A stretch of DNA of 64,000 bases, taken from Candidatus Delongbacteria bacterium (GTDB taxonomy: Bacteria > CAIWAD01). The notes under the pieces are model-generated. The model saw only the letters and a list, made by a program, of their open reading frames with translations. It was not told where the DNA came from and ran no database searches. Every line of letters starts with the position of its first letter. Positions within the stretch are counted from its first letter, which is position 1. Position numbers and translations under genes: made by a program. Positions 19,098-27,620 of the stretch are shown in pieces. The DNA is taken from assembly GCA_041675285.1 (NCBI GenBank), contig JBAYTZ010000009.1, forward strand, positions 10,601 through 74,600. Reading direction: 5' to 3'.

Positions 19098-20003
19098 GTG
19101 AGCCCGCTAACGGGCATCGCGGCCGCGCTGGGCGCGGCCCTCCTCTGGGTGTTGGCCACGCGCCTCTTCCAGGGCGCCGGCAGCCGCCTGCCCGCGCTGG
19201 AACTCAACCTCTGCAAGGGCGCCTGCGCTCTGCTGCTCTTCAGCCTGACCCTGCCCTTCACCCTCCCCGGCACTCCGCGGCCCGACGGCGCGGCCCTGGG
19301 CCTGCTGGTCCTCTCCGGTGTGCTGGGCATCGGACTGGGGGACACGGCCTACTTCCGCGCGCTGGGCGTGCTGGGCACCCGCCGGGTCCTGCTGCTGGAA
19401 CTGCTGGCCGCGCCCACGGCGGCCGGGCTCTCCTGGCTGGCGCTGCAGGAGACGCTGCGCCCCGCGGCCTGGCTGGGCCTGGGGCTGACCCTGGTCGGCG
19501 TGGGCCTGGCGGTCTGGGGGGGATTCCGCCCGGAGGGCGCGCGTCGCCTCCCGCCCGCCGCGCTGCTCTGGGGCCTGCTGGCCGCGCTCTGCCAAGGCGG
19601 CGGCCTGGTGCTGGCCCGCGGGGCCTTCCACGCCACCGGAATGGATCCCGCGCTGGCGGCGGGTCTCCGGCTGGCGGCCGGGGAGGCGGCGCTGCTACTG
19701 GCCTGGTCCTTCAGTTCTACCGGGGCGGGCCGGCGGGCCTGGCAGGCTCTGCGCACGGATCGGCTCTGGCTGCGCGTGGCCGGCGCGGCCCTGCTGGGCA
19801 CCTGGCTGGGCATCTGGCTGCAGCAGGTCTCGCTGGCGCGCCTGCCCGCGGGCGTGGCCCAGACCCTGCTCTCCACGGCCCCGCTCTTCGCCCTGCTGCT
19901 GGCCCGCCTGTCCGGACGCCGGACGGGCGCCCTGGCCTGGGCGGGGGCAGCCCTGGCCCTGGCGGGCATCTTTCTGCTCAGCTCGGGCCTCGGCCGGGCC
20001 TGA
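19098..20003 (+). CDS. EamA/DMT-family transporter
   Basis: 10-TM-like profile, two EamA halves (LTGIAAALGAALLWVLATRLF...; ...LLSTAPLFALLLARL). Start set at GTG 19098 because the first 14 codons of ORF 19056 are translated repeat arm (MSPCLCVCSK...). Confidence 0.8.
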   Translation: MSPLTGIAAALGAALLWVLATRLFQGAGSRLPALELNLCKGACALLLFSLTLPFTLPGTPRPDGAALGLLVLSGVLGIGLGDTAYFRALGVLGTRRVLLLELLAAPTAAGLSWLALQETLRPAAWLGLGLTLVGVGLAVWGGFRPEGARRLPPAALLWGLLAALCQGGGLVLARGAFHATGMDPALAAGLRLAAGEAALLLAWSFSSTGAGRRAWQALRTDRLWLRVAGAALLGTWLGIWLQQVSLARLPAGVAQTLLSTAPLFALLLARLSGRRTGALAWAGAALALAGIFLLSSGLGRA

Positions 20004-20030
20004 TCCTGGTTGAAGGTCTCCTGGGTATCA

Positions 20031-20201
20031 CACCACAGGGACACAGAGGCACAGAGAGCTGATGCAGATCAACTCAGGAAGAACATGGTGGGGGTGAGGG
20101 GGCCGAAACCAGTGAGACCTACAACCAGGCTGGCCAATCGACCACTGTCCAATCAGAAGACCACCGCTTGTTTGTTTTCTCTGTGTCTCCGTGGCTCTGT
20201 G
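20031..20201. repeat. Paired inverted octamer-array element C (CACAGAG type)
   Basis: Left arm CACCACAGGGACACAGAGGCACAGAGAG (20031-20058). 120-bp core. Right arm CTCTGTGTCTCCGTGGCTCTGTG (20179-20201). Confidence 0.85.
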
Positions 20202-20272
20202 TTCGTTCCAAGATTGAGCAGGGCCTGAGCCCACTGCCGGGCAACCCGGCGCGCCGCGTGCTACCTTGGGCC

Positions 20273-20896
20273 ATGCGAGGACCACTTCCCACTTTCAACT
20301 TGATTCTCGGTCTACTGCTGAGCGCCTGGACGCTGGGTTGCGGCGGCCGACCCGCCCCCGGACCGGCCAGCCGGCGGGAGGCCGATTTGGTGCGGCCGGT
20401 GGGCCACGCGCTGGCCCAGGCCTTGCAGCACGGGCTGCGGGCCGAGCTGCTGGGCGCGCTGGAAGCCGGCGGACCGGCGGGCGCCGTGCGCGTCTGCAGC
20501 GTCCGGGCCCAGCAGCTGGCGCAGGAGCTGGGCGCGGCGGCCTCGCCTCCAGCCGAGCTGCGCCGGGTGAGCCGCCGGGCGCGCAACCCCCTGGACGCCC
20601 CAGACGAGTGGGATCTCCAGGCGCTGGAGCTGTTCGAGGGCGCGGAGCGCGACTCGGGCCACCTGCCGGAGGACTGGGTGCTGCGTCTGGAGCGGGCGGG
20701 CGAACTGCGCTACCGCTACTACACGCCCATCGTGACGGGCGCGCCCTGCCTGGCCTGTCACGGGGAGACTTTGTCGGACACGGTGCGCGCGGTGCTGGCC
20801 ACGCTCTACCCCCAAGATCCGGCCACGGGCTATCGCGAAGGCGAGCTGCGCGGCCTCGTGCGGGTGGAACTGGACGCCGCCGCTTTTTCCAACTAG
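20273..20896 (+). CDS. DUF3365 (Tll0287-like) lipoprotein with c-type heme motif
   Basis: Lipobox LLSAWTLGCGG. CxxCH motif in APCLACHGE. Conserved tail YREGELRGLVRVEL. Start set at ATG 20273. Confidence 0.75.
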   Translation: MRGPLPTFNLILGLLLSAWTLGCGGRPAPGPASRREADLVRPVGHALAQALQHGLRAELLGALEAGGPAGAVRVCSVRAQQLAQELGAAASPPAELRRVSRRARNPLDAPDEWDLQALELFEGAERDSGHLPEDWVLRLERAGELRYRYYTPIVTGAPCLACHGETLSDTVRAVLATLYPQDPATGYREGELRGLVRVELDAAAFSN

Positions 20897-20905
20897 AGGA
20901 CGAGC

Positions 20906-21517
20906 ATGAATTTTCCCCCGCCCTTCTACCGCTGGCGGCCTCATCCCTGGCACGGTCTGGACGTCGGACCCGAGCCGCCGCGCCGCCTCAATGCCTACAT
21001 CGAAATCACGCCCTTCGACCTGGTCAAATACGAAGTGGACAAGGCCACGGGCTACCTGCGCGTGGACCGGCCCCAGCGCACCAGTTCCCAGCCGCCGGCG
21101 CTATATGGCTTCGTGCCGCGCACCTACTGCGGCCGCCGGGTGGGCGCGCTCTCGCCCACGGCCAGCCGCGGGGACGGCGACCCGTTGGACATCTGCGTGA
21201 TCAGCGAGCGGCCCGTCAACCGCAGCGAAGTCATCCTGACGGCCAAGGTGCTGGGCGGGATCCAGATGGTGGACGGGGGCGAGGCCGATGACAAGATCAT
21301 CGCCGTGCTGGCCAACGACAACATCTGGGGCGGGGCGGAAAGCCTGGACGACGTGCCCCACGTGCTGATCGAGCGTCTGCGCCACTATTTCTCCACCTAC
21401 AAGTTGATCCCGGGCAAGGAGTCCGACATCGAGGCGGAAGTGATCTACGACGTGGAGCACGCGCTGCGGGTGGTGGAGGCCTCCATGGCCGACTACGCCG
21501 AGGAGTTCGGTGGCTGA
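20906..21517 (+). CDS. ppa: Inorganic pyrophosphatase (family I)
   Basis: [16 protein letters not shown]...[11 protein letters not shown]...[14 protein letters not shown]. Confidence 0.92.
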   Translation: MNFPPPFYRWRPHPWHGLDVGPEPPRRLNAYIEITPFDLVKYEVDKATGYLRVDRPQRTSSQPPALYGFVPRTYCGRRVGALSPTASRGDGDPLDICVISERPVNRSEVILTAKVLGGIQMVDGGEADDKIIAVLANDNIWGGAESLDDVPHVLIERLRHYFSTYKLIPGKESDIEAEVIYDVEHALRVVEASMADYAEEFGG

Positions 21518-22241
21518 GGAACCCTTCCGCGATCCCCTGGCCGAGCTGCTGGGGGAGGCGGGTCTGGGCCGCTGCCTGGACCTGGCCTCCGGCCGGGGCG
21601 CCTTCAGCGGCCGGCTGGCCGCGCTGGCACCGGCCACCTGCTGGATCCTGCTGGACACGGACTTGGCGCAGCTGCGCGAGGCTCGGGCCGGGCTGGGTCC
21701 GCAGCTGGGCGCACCCCTGCTGCCGCTCCAGTCCCGGGCCGAGCGCGTGCCGCTGGCCGCGGGCAGCCTGGACACGGTGGCCCTCTCCTTTTCCCTGCAC
21801 CATCTGGGGCGGCCGGGTCGCGTGCTGCGCGAGGCCTGCCGCCTGCTGAAGCCCGGCGGGCGGCTGATCCTGGCCGAACCGCTGGCGGACGGCCTGCGCC
21901 CGCTGCAGACCATCCACCGCGACCTGCACCACCTCTCGGCCCGGCTGGACCGCCGGCTGGGGCGCTGCCACCGGCCCACCTATCCGCTGCGCGCGCTACG
22001 CCGGCTTTTGGACGGGCTGCCGCTGGCCTGGCGCTCGACCTGCTGGCGGCCGGCGGATCTGCCGCCCACGGAAACGGCCCAGCTGGCTCCCGTGCTGGAC
22101 ACGCTGAGCCGCCTGGACGCCGAACTGCGGCGCCGCCACCTGCCCGGTCTGCGACGCCGGCTGGCGGAGATCCGGGTCCGCGTGGAGCGCGAGGGCTACG
22201 GTTGCCAGACCCAATACCTGGCCGTGGGAGTGCGCCGATGA
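21510..22241 (+). CDS. Class I SAM-dependent methyltransferase
   Basis: Motif [14 protein letters not shown]. Post-I/II region [15 protein letters not shown] start overlapping the ppa stop. Confidence 0.75.
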   Translation: MAEEPFRDPLAELLGEAGLGRCLDLASGRGAFSGRLAALAPATCWILLDTDLAQLREARAGLGPQLGAPLLPLQSRAERVPLAAGSLDTVALSFSLHHLGRPGRVLREACRLLKPGGRLILAEPLADGLRPLQTIHRDLHHLSARLDRRLGRCHRPTYPLRALRRLLDGLPLAWRSTCWRPADLPPTETAQLAPVLDTLSRLDAELRRRHLPGLRRRLAEIRVRVEREGYGCQTQYLAVGVRR

Positions 22242-23407
22242 CGACCGCCTGGGAGGGCCCGGCCGAGCTGCGTCAGCAGTTCCTGCTGGACCCGGAGATC
22301 GCCTTCCTCAACCACGGCTCCTTCGGGGCCTGCCCGCGACCTGTGCTGGCCCGCCAGGGCGAACTGCGCACCCGGTTGGAGCAGGAGCCTGTCCGCTTCT
22401 TGTATCACCACCTGCCGGAGTGGCTGGCGGAGGCCCGGGCCGCCCTGGCCAGCGCCTTGGATTGCGCGGGTTCCGAGCTGGCCTACCAGGTCAACGTCAC
22501 GGCGGCCCTGAACCTGGTGATCCGCTGTCTGCCCCTGCAGGCCGGTGACGAGATCCTGCTGGGCGACCACGAGTACGGCGCGCTGCTGCGCGCCTGGCAG
22601 GCCGAGGCCGGGCGGCGCGGGCTGCGGATTCGCGTGGTGGAGCTGCCCTGGCCGCGGCCCACGGCGGAGGCCCTGGTCCAGGCCTTTGAAGTCGCCGCCG
22701 GCCCCGCCACGCGGGTCCTGTTCTTCAGCCACATCTCCTCGCCCACGGCCCTGCGCCTGCCGGCGGAGGAACTGGTGGCCCTGGCCCGCCGGCGCGGCTG
22801 GCTCAGCCTGGTGGACGGCGCCCACGCGCCGGGCCAGCTGCCGCTTTCCATCCGCGCCCTGGACGCCGACGTCTACGCGGGCAACTGCCACAAGTGGCTG
22901 CTGGCCCCCAAGGGTTGCGGCTTCCTGCAGGTGCCGGCGCGCCACCAGGCTTGGGTGGAGCCGCTGGTCACGAGCTGGGGCAACCAGAACCGCCCGGAGG
23001 CCGAGCGGCGCGGCGCCTTCCTGGATGAGCTGGAGTGGGCGGGTACCACGGATCCCTGCGCCTGGCTGGCCCTGCCCGCGGCGCTGGAATTCCGCCGCCG
23101 CTGGGACTGGGACGAGCGCGCCGCCCTGGGCCGGGAACGGCTCCAGGAGTGGGGTGACCGGCTCTGCGCGCGGCTGGGCCTGGAGCGCGTCACCGAGCGC
23201 GACCCGAGCCTGCAGATGCTGGCCCTGGGTCTGCCGCCGCTGGATGCTGTCGCCCTGCACGGCGCTCTGTTCGAGCGCTTCGGCGTGGAAGTGCCGGCCC
23301 ACGAGTTCCGTGGCCGGCCGCTGCTGCGCGTCTCGCTGCAGCCCTATAACCGCGAGGCGGACCTGCTGCGCTTGGAGCAGGCGCTGGCAGCCCTGCTGCC
23401 GCGCTGA
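22238..23407 (+). CDS. Class V PLP-dependent aminotransferase (isopenicillin-N epimerase / cysteine desulfurase-like)
   Basis: AFLNHGSFGACPRPV...; PLP-lysine region AGNCHKWLLAPKGCGFL. ATGA overlap with the upstream gene. Confidence 0.85.
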   Translation: MTTAWEGPAELRQQFLLDPEIAFLNHGSFGACPRPVLARQGELRTRLEQEPVRFLYHHLPEWLAEARAALASALDCAGSELAYQVNVTAALNLVIRCLPLQAGDEILLGDHEYGALLRAWQAEAGRRGLRIRVVELPWPRPTAEALVQAFEVAAGPATRVLFFSHISSPTALRLPAEELVALARRRGWLSLVDGAHAPGQLPLSIRALDADVYAGNCHKWLLAPKGCGFLQVPARHQAWVEPLVTSWGNQNRPEAERRGAFLDELEWAGTTDPCAWLALPAALEFRRRWDWDERAALGRERLQEWGDRLCARLGLERVTERDPSLQMLALGLPPLDAVALHGALFERFGVEVPAHEFRGRPLLRVSLQPYNREADLLRLEQALAALLPR

Positions 23408-23464
23408 GCGCCACGGCGCACGCACAAGGGGGACCGGAGTGGAACACAGCCAAGGAGGTCGGAG

Positions 23465-24826
23465 ATGGGACGCGCACACGGGACGCTCGCACTGTTGGCC
23501 CTGCTGGTCATGAAGGCCGGCGCGCTGGAACCCGTCGCGGACGAGCGCCGGCCGGATCCGCGCTGGGGGCGCCAGGTGATCTACGAAGTCAACCTGCGGC
23601 AGTTCTCGGCGGAGGGGACCCTGGACGCCTTCCGCGGGCACCTGCCCCGGCTGCGCGAGCTGGGCGTGGACATCCTCTGGCTGATGCCCATTTTCCCCGT
23701 GGGCCTGGAGAACCGCAAGGGCGGCCTGGGCAGCCCCTACTCGGTGCGCGACTACCGCGCCGTCAACCCCGAGCTGGGCAGCCTGGAGGATCTGCGCGAG
23801 CTGACGCGGGAAGCCCACGCCCTGGGCATGAGCGTGATCCTCGACTGGGTGGCCAACCACTGCGCCTGGGACAATCCGCTGGTGACCCAGCAGCCCGAGT
23901 GGCTGACCCGCGGGGCGGACGGCCGCCCCCAGCCGCCTGTGGCCGACTGGAGCGACGTGGTGGACCTGGACTACAGCCAGCGCGGGCTGCGCGACTACCA
24001 GATCCAGTCCATGGCCTACTGGCTGCGGATGGCGGACGTGGACGGTTTCCGCTGCGACGTAGCGGGCATGGTGCCGACGGATTTCTGGCAGGAGGTCCGG
24101 CCGGCCCTGGAAGCGGTCAAGCCCGTCTTCCTGCTGGCCGAGTGGGAGGACCCGCTCCTGGCCGGTCCCTTCGACATGAGCTATTCCTGGGACCTGCACC
24201 GCGCCGGCAACGCCTACATGCAGGACAAACTGGGCGTGGACCAGCTGGACTCCCTGCTGCGCGCCGAGGAGGGCCGCTGGCCGGCCGGGCACATCCGCAT
24301 GCGTTTCACCACCAACCACGACGAGAACAGCTGGAACGGCACTGAGGACGAGCGGCTGGGGCCGGCGGCGGACGCCTTCGGCGTGCTGGCCGCCACGCTG
24401 CCGGGCATGCCCCTGCTCTACAACGGGCAGGAGGCCGGGCTGGCCCACCGCCTGAGCTTCTTCGAGAAGGACGAGATCGTCTGGCAGGCCCATCCGCGTC
24501 AGGCGCTCTACGCCAGTCTGAACCGACTCAAGCACCTGAGTCCGGCCCTCTGGGAGACGGACGTGAACGCGGCCAGCTACCGGCGTCTGCCCACGGGCTC
24601 CGCGCCCGGGTCGGAAAAGGTCTGGGCCTTCCTGCGCGGCTCCAGCCAGGAAGACCTGCTCTGCGTGGTCAACCTGGGCGGGGAGCCGATCACCGTGGAG
24701 TTGGCGGATCCCGCGCTCAGCGGCGCCTGGCGCGTCTGGGAGGATGGCGCGCTGGAACACGCTGCCGGCACGCTGCAACTGGAGCTGCCCGCCTGGGGCT
24801 GGCGCCTGCTGCGTCATCCCCGGTGA
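23465..24826 (+). CDS. Secreted GH13 alpha-amylase family enzyme
   Basis: Conserved regions: DILWLMPIF, VILDWVANH, GFRCDVAGMVP, LLAEWED, FTTNHDEN. N-terminal signal peptide. Confidence 0.9.
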   Translation: MGRAHGTLALLALLVMKAGALEPVADERRPDPRWGRQVIYEVNLRQFSAEGTLDAFRGHLPRLRELGVDILWLMPIFPVGLENRKGGLGSPYSVRDYRAVNPELGSLEDLRELTREAHALGMSVILDWVANHCAWDNPLVTQQPEWLTRGADGRPQPPVADWSDVVDLDYSQRGLRDYQIQSMAYWLRMADVDGFRCDVAGMVPTDFWQEVRPALEAVKPVFLLAEWEDPLLAGPFDMSYSWDLHRAGNAYMQDKLGVDQLDSLLRAEEGRWPAGHIRMRFTTNHDENSWNGTEDERLGPAADAFGVLAATLPGMPLLYNGQEAGLAHRLSFFEKDEIVWQAHPRQALYASLNRLKHLSPALWETDVNAASYRRLPTGSAPGSEKVWAFLRGSSQEDLLCVVNLGGEPITVELADPALSGAWRVWEDGALEHAAGTLQLELPAWGWRLLRHPR

Positions 24827-25752
24827 GGCCGACCCCGATCTCCGGATCCACGCCCGCGACCCGCGCCCTGGCCCTGCTGGTGGCGGCCAACCTGCTCTGG
24901 TCCAGCGGCGGCTGGCTGATCAAGGAGATCGACCTGGCGGGTCCGGCGCTGGCCGGTTGGCGCTCGCTGCTCGCCGCCGGCTTTCTGCTGGTCTTCCGCG
25001 CTTGGTTCCGCTCCCGAACCGGCGCGAGCGCGCCCGTGGACTGGCGGCGGCCCGGCCTCTGGCTGGGGGCGGCCAGTTTCGCCCTCAACACGCTGCTCTT
25101 CATCAGCGCCACCAAGCTCACCAGCGCGGCCAACGCCATCCTGCTCCAGTACACGGCCCCCGTCTACGTGCTGCTCTTCGGCGCGCTCTGGCTGGGTGAA
25201 CCCATCCGCCGGCGCGACGTGCTGGCCGTGGGCGGCGCCTTTCTGGGCCTGGCCCTGCTGCTCTCCGAGCGCCAAGGACCCAGCTCGGGCCTGGGCAACC
25301 TGCTGGCCCTGGGGGCGGGCCTGACCTTCGCCGGGACCATCCTGGCGCTGCGCCGGGAGGCCGGTCACGATCCGCTCTTGGTCCCGCTGCTCGGCAACGG
25401 GCTGGCCGCCCTGCTGCTGGCCCCGCTCTGGCTGGGCGCGGCGGTCCCGGCGGGCCAGTGGCCCCTGCTGCTGACGCTGGCCGTGGGCCAGTTCGGACTG
25501 GCCTATGCCTGTTACGCCCTGGGCCTGCGCCACGTCAGCGCCGCCACGGGCGTGCTGACGGCGGCCATCGAGCCCGTGCTCAACCCGCTCTGGGTGGCCC
25601 TGCTGCTCCACGAGATCCCTGGCCCCCGCGCCCTGGCCGGCGGCGCGCTGGTGCTGGCCGCCGTCACCGCCCGCGGCTACTGGGCTTCGCGGGGGGGAAG
25701 GGGTGGTTTTACCACAGAGACACAGAGACACAGAGATGTAAATGGATGTTGA
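24823..25752 (+). CDS. EamA/DMT-family transporter (3' end runs into repeat element D)
   Basis: Two EamA halves (LLVAANLLWSSGGWLIKE...; ...AIEPVLNPLWVALLLHE). The last ~14 codons (FTTETQRHRDVNGC*) are encoded by the left arm of element D. GTG start. Confidence 0.8.
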   Translation: MRPTPISGSTPATRALALLVAANLLWSSGGWLIKEIDLAGPALAGWRSLLAAGFLLVFRAWFRSRTGASAPVDWRRPGLWLGAASFALNTLLFISATKLTSAANAILLQYTAPVYVLLFGALWLGEPIRRRDVLAVGGAFLGLALLLSERQGPSSGLGNLLALGAGLTFAGTILALRREAGHDPLLVPLLGNGLAALLLAPLWLGAAVPAGQWPLLLTLAVGQFGLAYACYALGLRHVSAATGVLTAAIEPVLNPLWVALLLHEIPGPRALAGGALVLAAVTARGYWASRGGRGGFTTETQRHRDVNGC

Positions 25753-25930
25753 GTTGTCTAGAGTCTATCGCATGGTTGTGTTATAATTAAAACAAGTTAC
25801 GAATAAAACCATTTATTTGGATAATAAGCTACTTAAGAATCGAATCTCAACTTTTAATCTGTCACAATTTACAAACAAGCTTCTAGAACCTATCTATAAA
25901 CTCTACTCTGTGTCTCTGTGCCTCTGTGGT
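25711..25930. repeat. Paired inverted octamer-array element D (CACAGAG type) with AT-rich core
   Basis: Left arm ACCACAGAGACACAGAGACACAGAG (25711-25735). Right arm CTCTGTGTCTCTGTGCCTCTGTGGT (25906-25930), which is its reverse complement at 24/25. The 170-bp core (25736-25905) has 50 G+C by hand count (about 29%). Confidence 0.9.
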
Positions 25931-25939
25931 AGATTTCTC

Positions 25940-26878
25940 TCAATCCCCGCGCAGCAGGTCGGGCAATTCGCGCGTGGCCGCGGCCAGACCCGGAGACTCC
26001 GTCCGGGGCTCGGCGCGTTCGAGCGCGGGGGCCGGGGCGGGGTGCGGCACAGGCTCAAGGGCCTGGAAGTGCGGACCAGACAGCCACTGCGTGTCGAAGC
26101 CTTCCTCCGCCAGTTCCAAATTGAGCTGGCGCAGGCGCTCGGTGCCGCGCTCGCAGTGGCCGGGATCCAGCTCGCCGATCCAGTACTGCCGGCCCTCGCG
26201 CACCGCGGCCTCCGCCGTGGACAGGCTGCCGCCGTAGGGATCCAGCACGATCTCCCCGCGCTTGGAGGAGGCCTGGATCATCCGCTGCAGGATGGGCAGC
26301 GGCTTGGACGTGCCGTGCTGGTAGCGCTGGTTGGCCACTTTGGAGAAGAAACTGATGCTGCCCTGCTTGCCCTCGAAGAAGACGTTGGAGGGCCGCTTGT
26401 CCGAGAGCAGCGGGCGCGTGCGGCCTTTGCTGGCGTAGATCACCAGCTCGTGCTGGGGCGCGTAGTTGCCCTGCAGGTCCCCCGAGCCGTGGTTGTTCTT
26501 CACCCAGATCAGGCAGTTCTTGTACTTCAGGCGCTGGGCGGCCTGACGCGGGCTCAAGTCCCGCGAGCGCTCCTGGATGGCTTCGAAAATCGCCGGAAAG
26601 CTCAGGTGGTCGCACCAGCAGTAGAAGTGGCAGCCCGGCTTGAGCACGCGCTCCGATTCCCGGATGAAGCGCGCCAGATCAAAGGTCGAGGCCGAGATGG
26701 CCGTCACCTTCTCGTGGGCCACGGGCCGGTTGGACTGGTAGTCCTTGTAGGGCGGGTCCGTCAGCAGCAGGTCCACGCTGTTGTCGGGTAGCAGCGCGAA
26801 CAGGTCGGCGCAGTCCCCCTGGAAGACCGTGTTGGGGCGCGGAGGCGCCGGCGGGACGGGGGAGGGGCGTACGCTCAT
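25940..26878 (-). CDS. Beta-class N6-adenine/N4-cytosine DNA methyltransferase (N6_N4_Mtase family), no adjacent restriction gene
   Basis: Catalytic motif IV LLLTDPPY precedes the SAM motif I-like VLDPYGGSLSTAEAA (beta-class order). Confidence 0.85.
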   Translation of the reverse strand: MSVRPSPVPPAPPRPNTVFQGDCADLFALLPDNSVDLLLTDPPYKDYQSNRPVAHEKVTAISASTFDLARFIRESERVLKPGCHFYCWCDHLSFPAIFEAIQERSRDLSPRQAAQRLKYKNCLIWVKNNHGSGDLQGNYAPQHELVIYASKGRTRPLLSDKRPSNVFFEGKQGSISFFSKVANQRYQHGTSKPLPILQRMIQASSKRGEIVLDPYGGSLSTAEAAVREGRQYWIGELDPGHCERGTERLRQLNLELAEEGFDTQWLSGPHFQALEPVPHPAPAPALERAEPRTESPGLAAATRELPDLLRGD

Positions 26879-27056
26879 GTTCCGGGCCTGTTCCTTGTTG
26901 TGACACGTTCAAGATAGAACCTGGGCGAGAGCGGGACAAGGGAGGCCTCCGTGGGCCGGCGGCGGGTCATCCGAAGCGCCGGGCGCCGTCCTTGCTTTCG
27001 GAAGGGCACATTTCGATTTTAGGCCCAACACAAATCTCCATGAACCGGGGGTCGCC

Positions 27057-27476
27057 ATGCGCCATCTGTTGCTGCTGACGGGCTTGCTTTTCGTTCTGTC
27101 CTGCGGGGAAAGCAAACCGCCGGCGACCGAACTGCTCAGCAAGGGGGAGATGTATTACAAGGACCGCAAGCTGGTGGAGGCCCTGGACCAGTTCAAGCAG
27201 TTCGTGGAATACTACCCCGATTCCAGCCAGGCGGCGCGCTGCTCGTTCATGATCGGCTTCATCTACGCCAACGATTTCCAGGACACGCTGCGCGCGCGGC
27301 AGGCCTACAAGTCCTTCCTGGACGCGTTCCCCGCGGCGGATCCCGGCCTGCGCATGTCGGCCGAGTGGGAGCTGGAGCACCTGGGCCAGAACATCAGCGA
27401 GCTGGAGTTCCTGAACCCGCCCACCCAGCCGGGCAAGCCGGCCCAGCCCGAGCAGCCCGAGGGCGTCCAACCCTGA
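27057..27476 (+). CDS. Small TPR-like lipoprotein (YbgF/BamD-like fold)
   Basis: Lipobox LFVLSCG. Helical-repeat region YYKDRKLVEALDQFKQFVEYYPDSSQAARCSFMIGFIY. P/Q-rich tail. Confidence 0.7.
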   Translation: MRHLLLLTGLLFVLSCGESKPPATELLSKGEMYYKDRKLVEALDQFKQFVEYYPDSSQAARCSFMIGFIYANDFQDTLRARQAYKSFLDAFPAADPGLRMSAEWELEHLGQNISELEFLNPPTQPGKPAQPEQPEGVQP

Positions 27477-27508
27477 GCCGGCGGTCGGATCTGATCCTTC
27501 GTTCACAA

Positions 27509-27540
27509 GGCGGGAACCTCGGCGGTTCCCGCCCCGTTTG
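27509..27540 (+). terminator. Rho-independent terminator after the TPR lipoprotein gene
   Basis: GGCGGGAACC-TCGGC-GGTTCCCGCC followed by CCGTTTG. Confidence 0.6.
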
Positions 27541-27620
27541 AGGCGCCATTCGTCCGGTCCGGCCGGCCTGCCCGGGACGCTTGCGGCGCCGCTGGACCCC
27601 GTTCCCTAACAGAATCCAAG

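Noticed and set aside
25817-26791. 324-aa + strand ORF starting in the AT-rich core of element D
   Set aside because: It uses a TTG start inside the repeat core, and the remainder is antisense to the DNA methyltransferase. It shows no motifs and has an A/G/R-rich composition.
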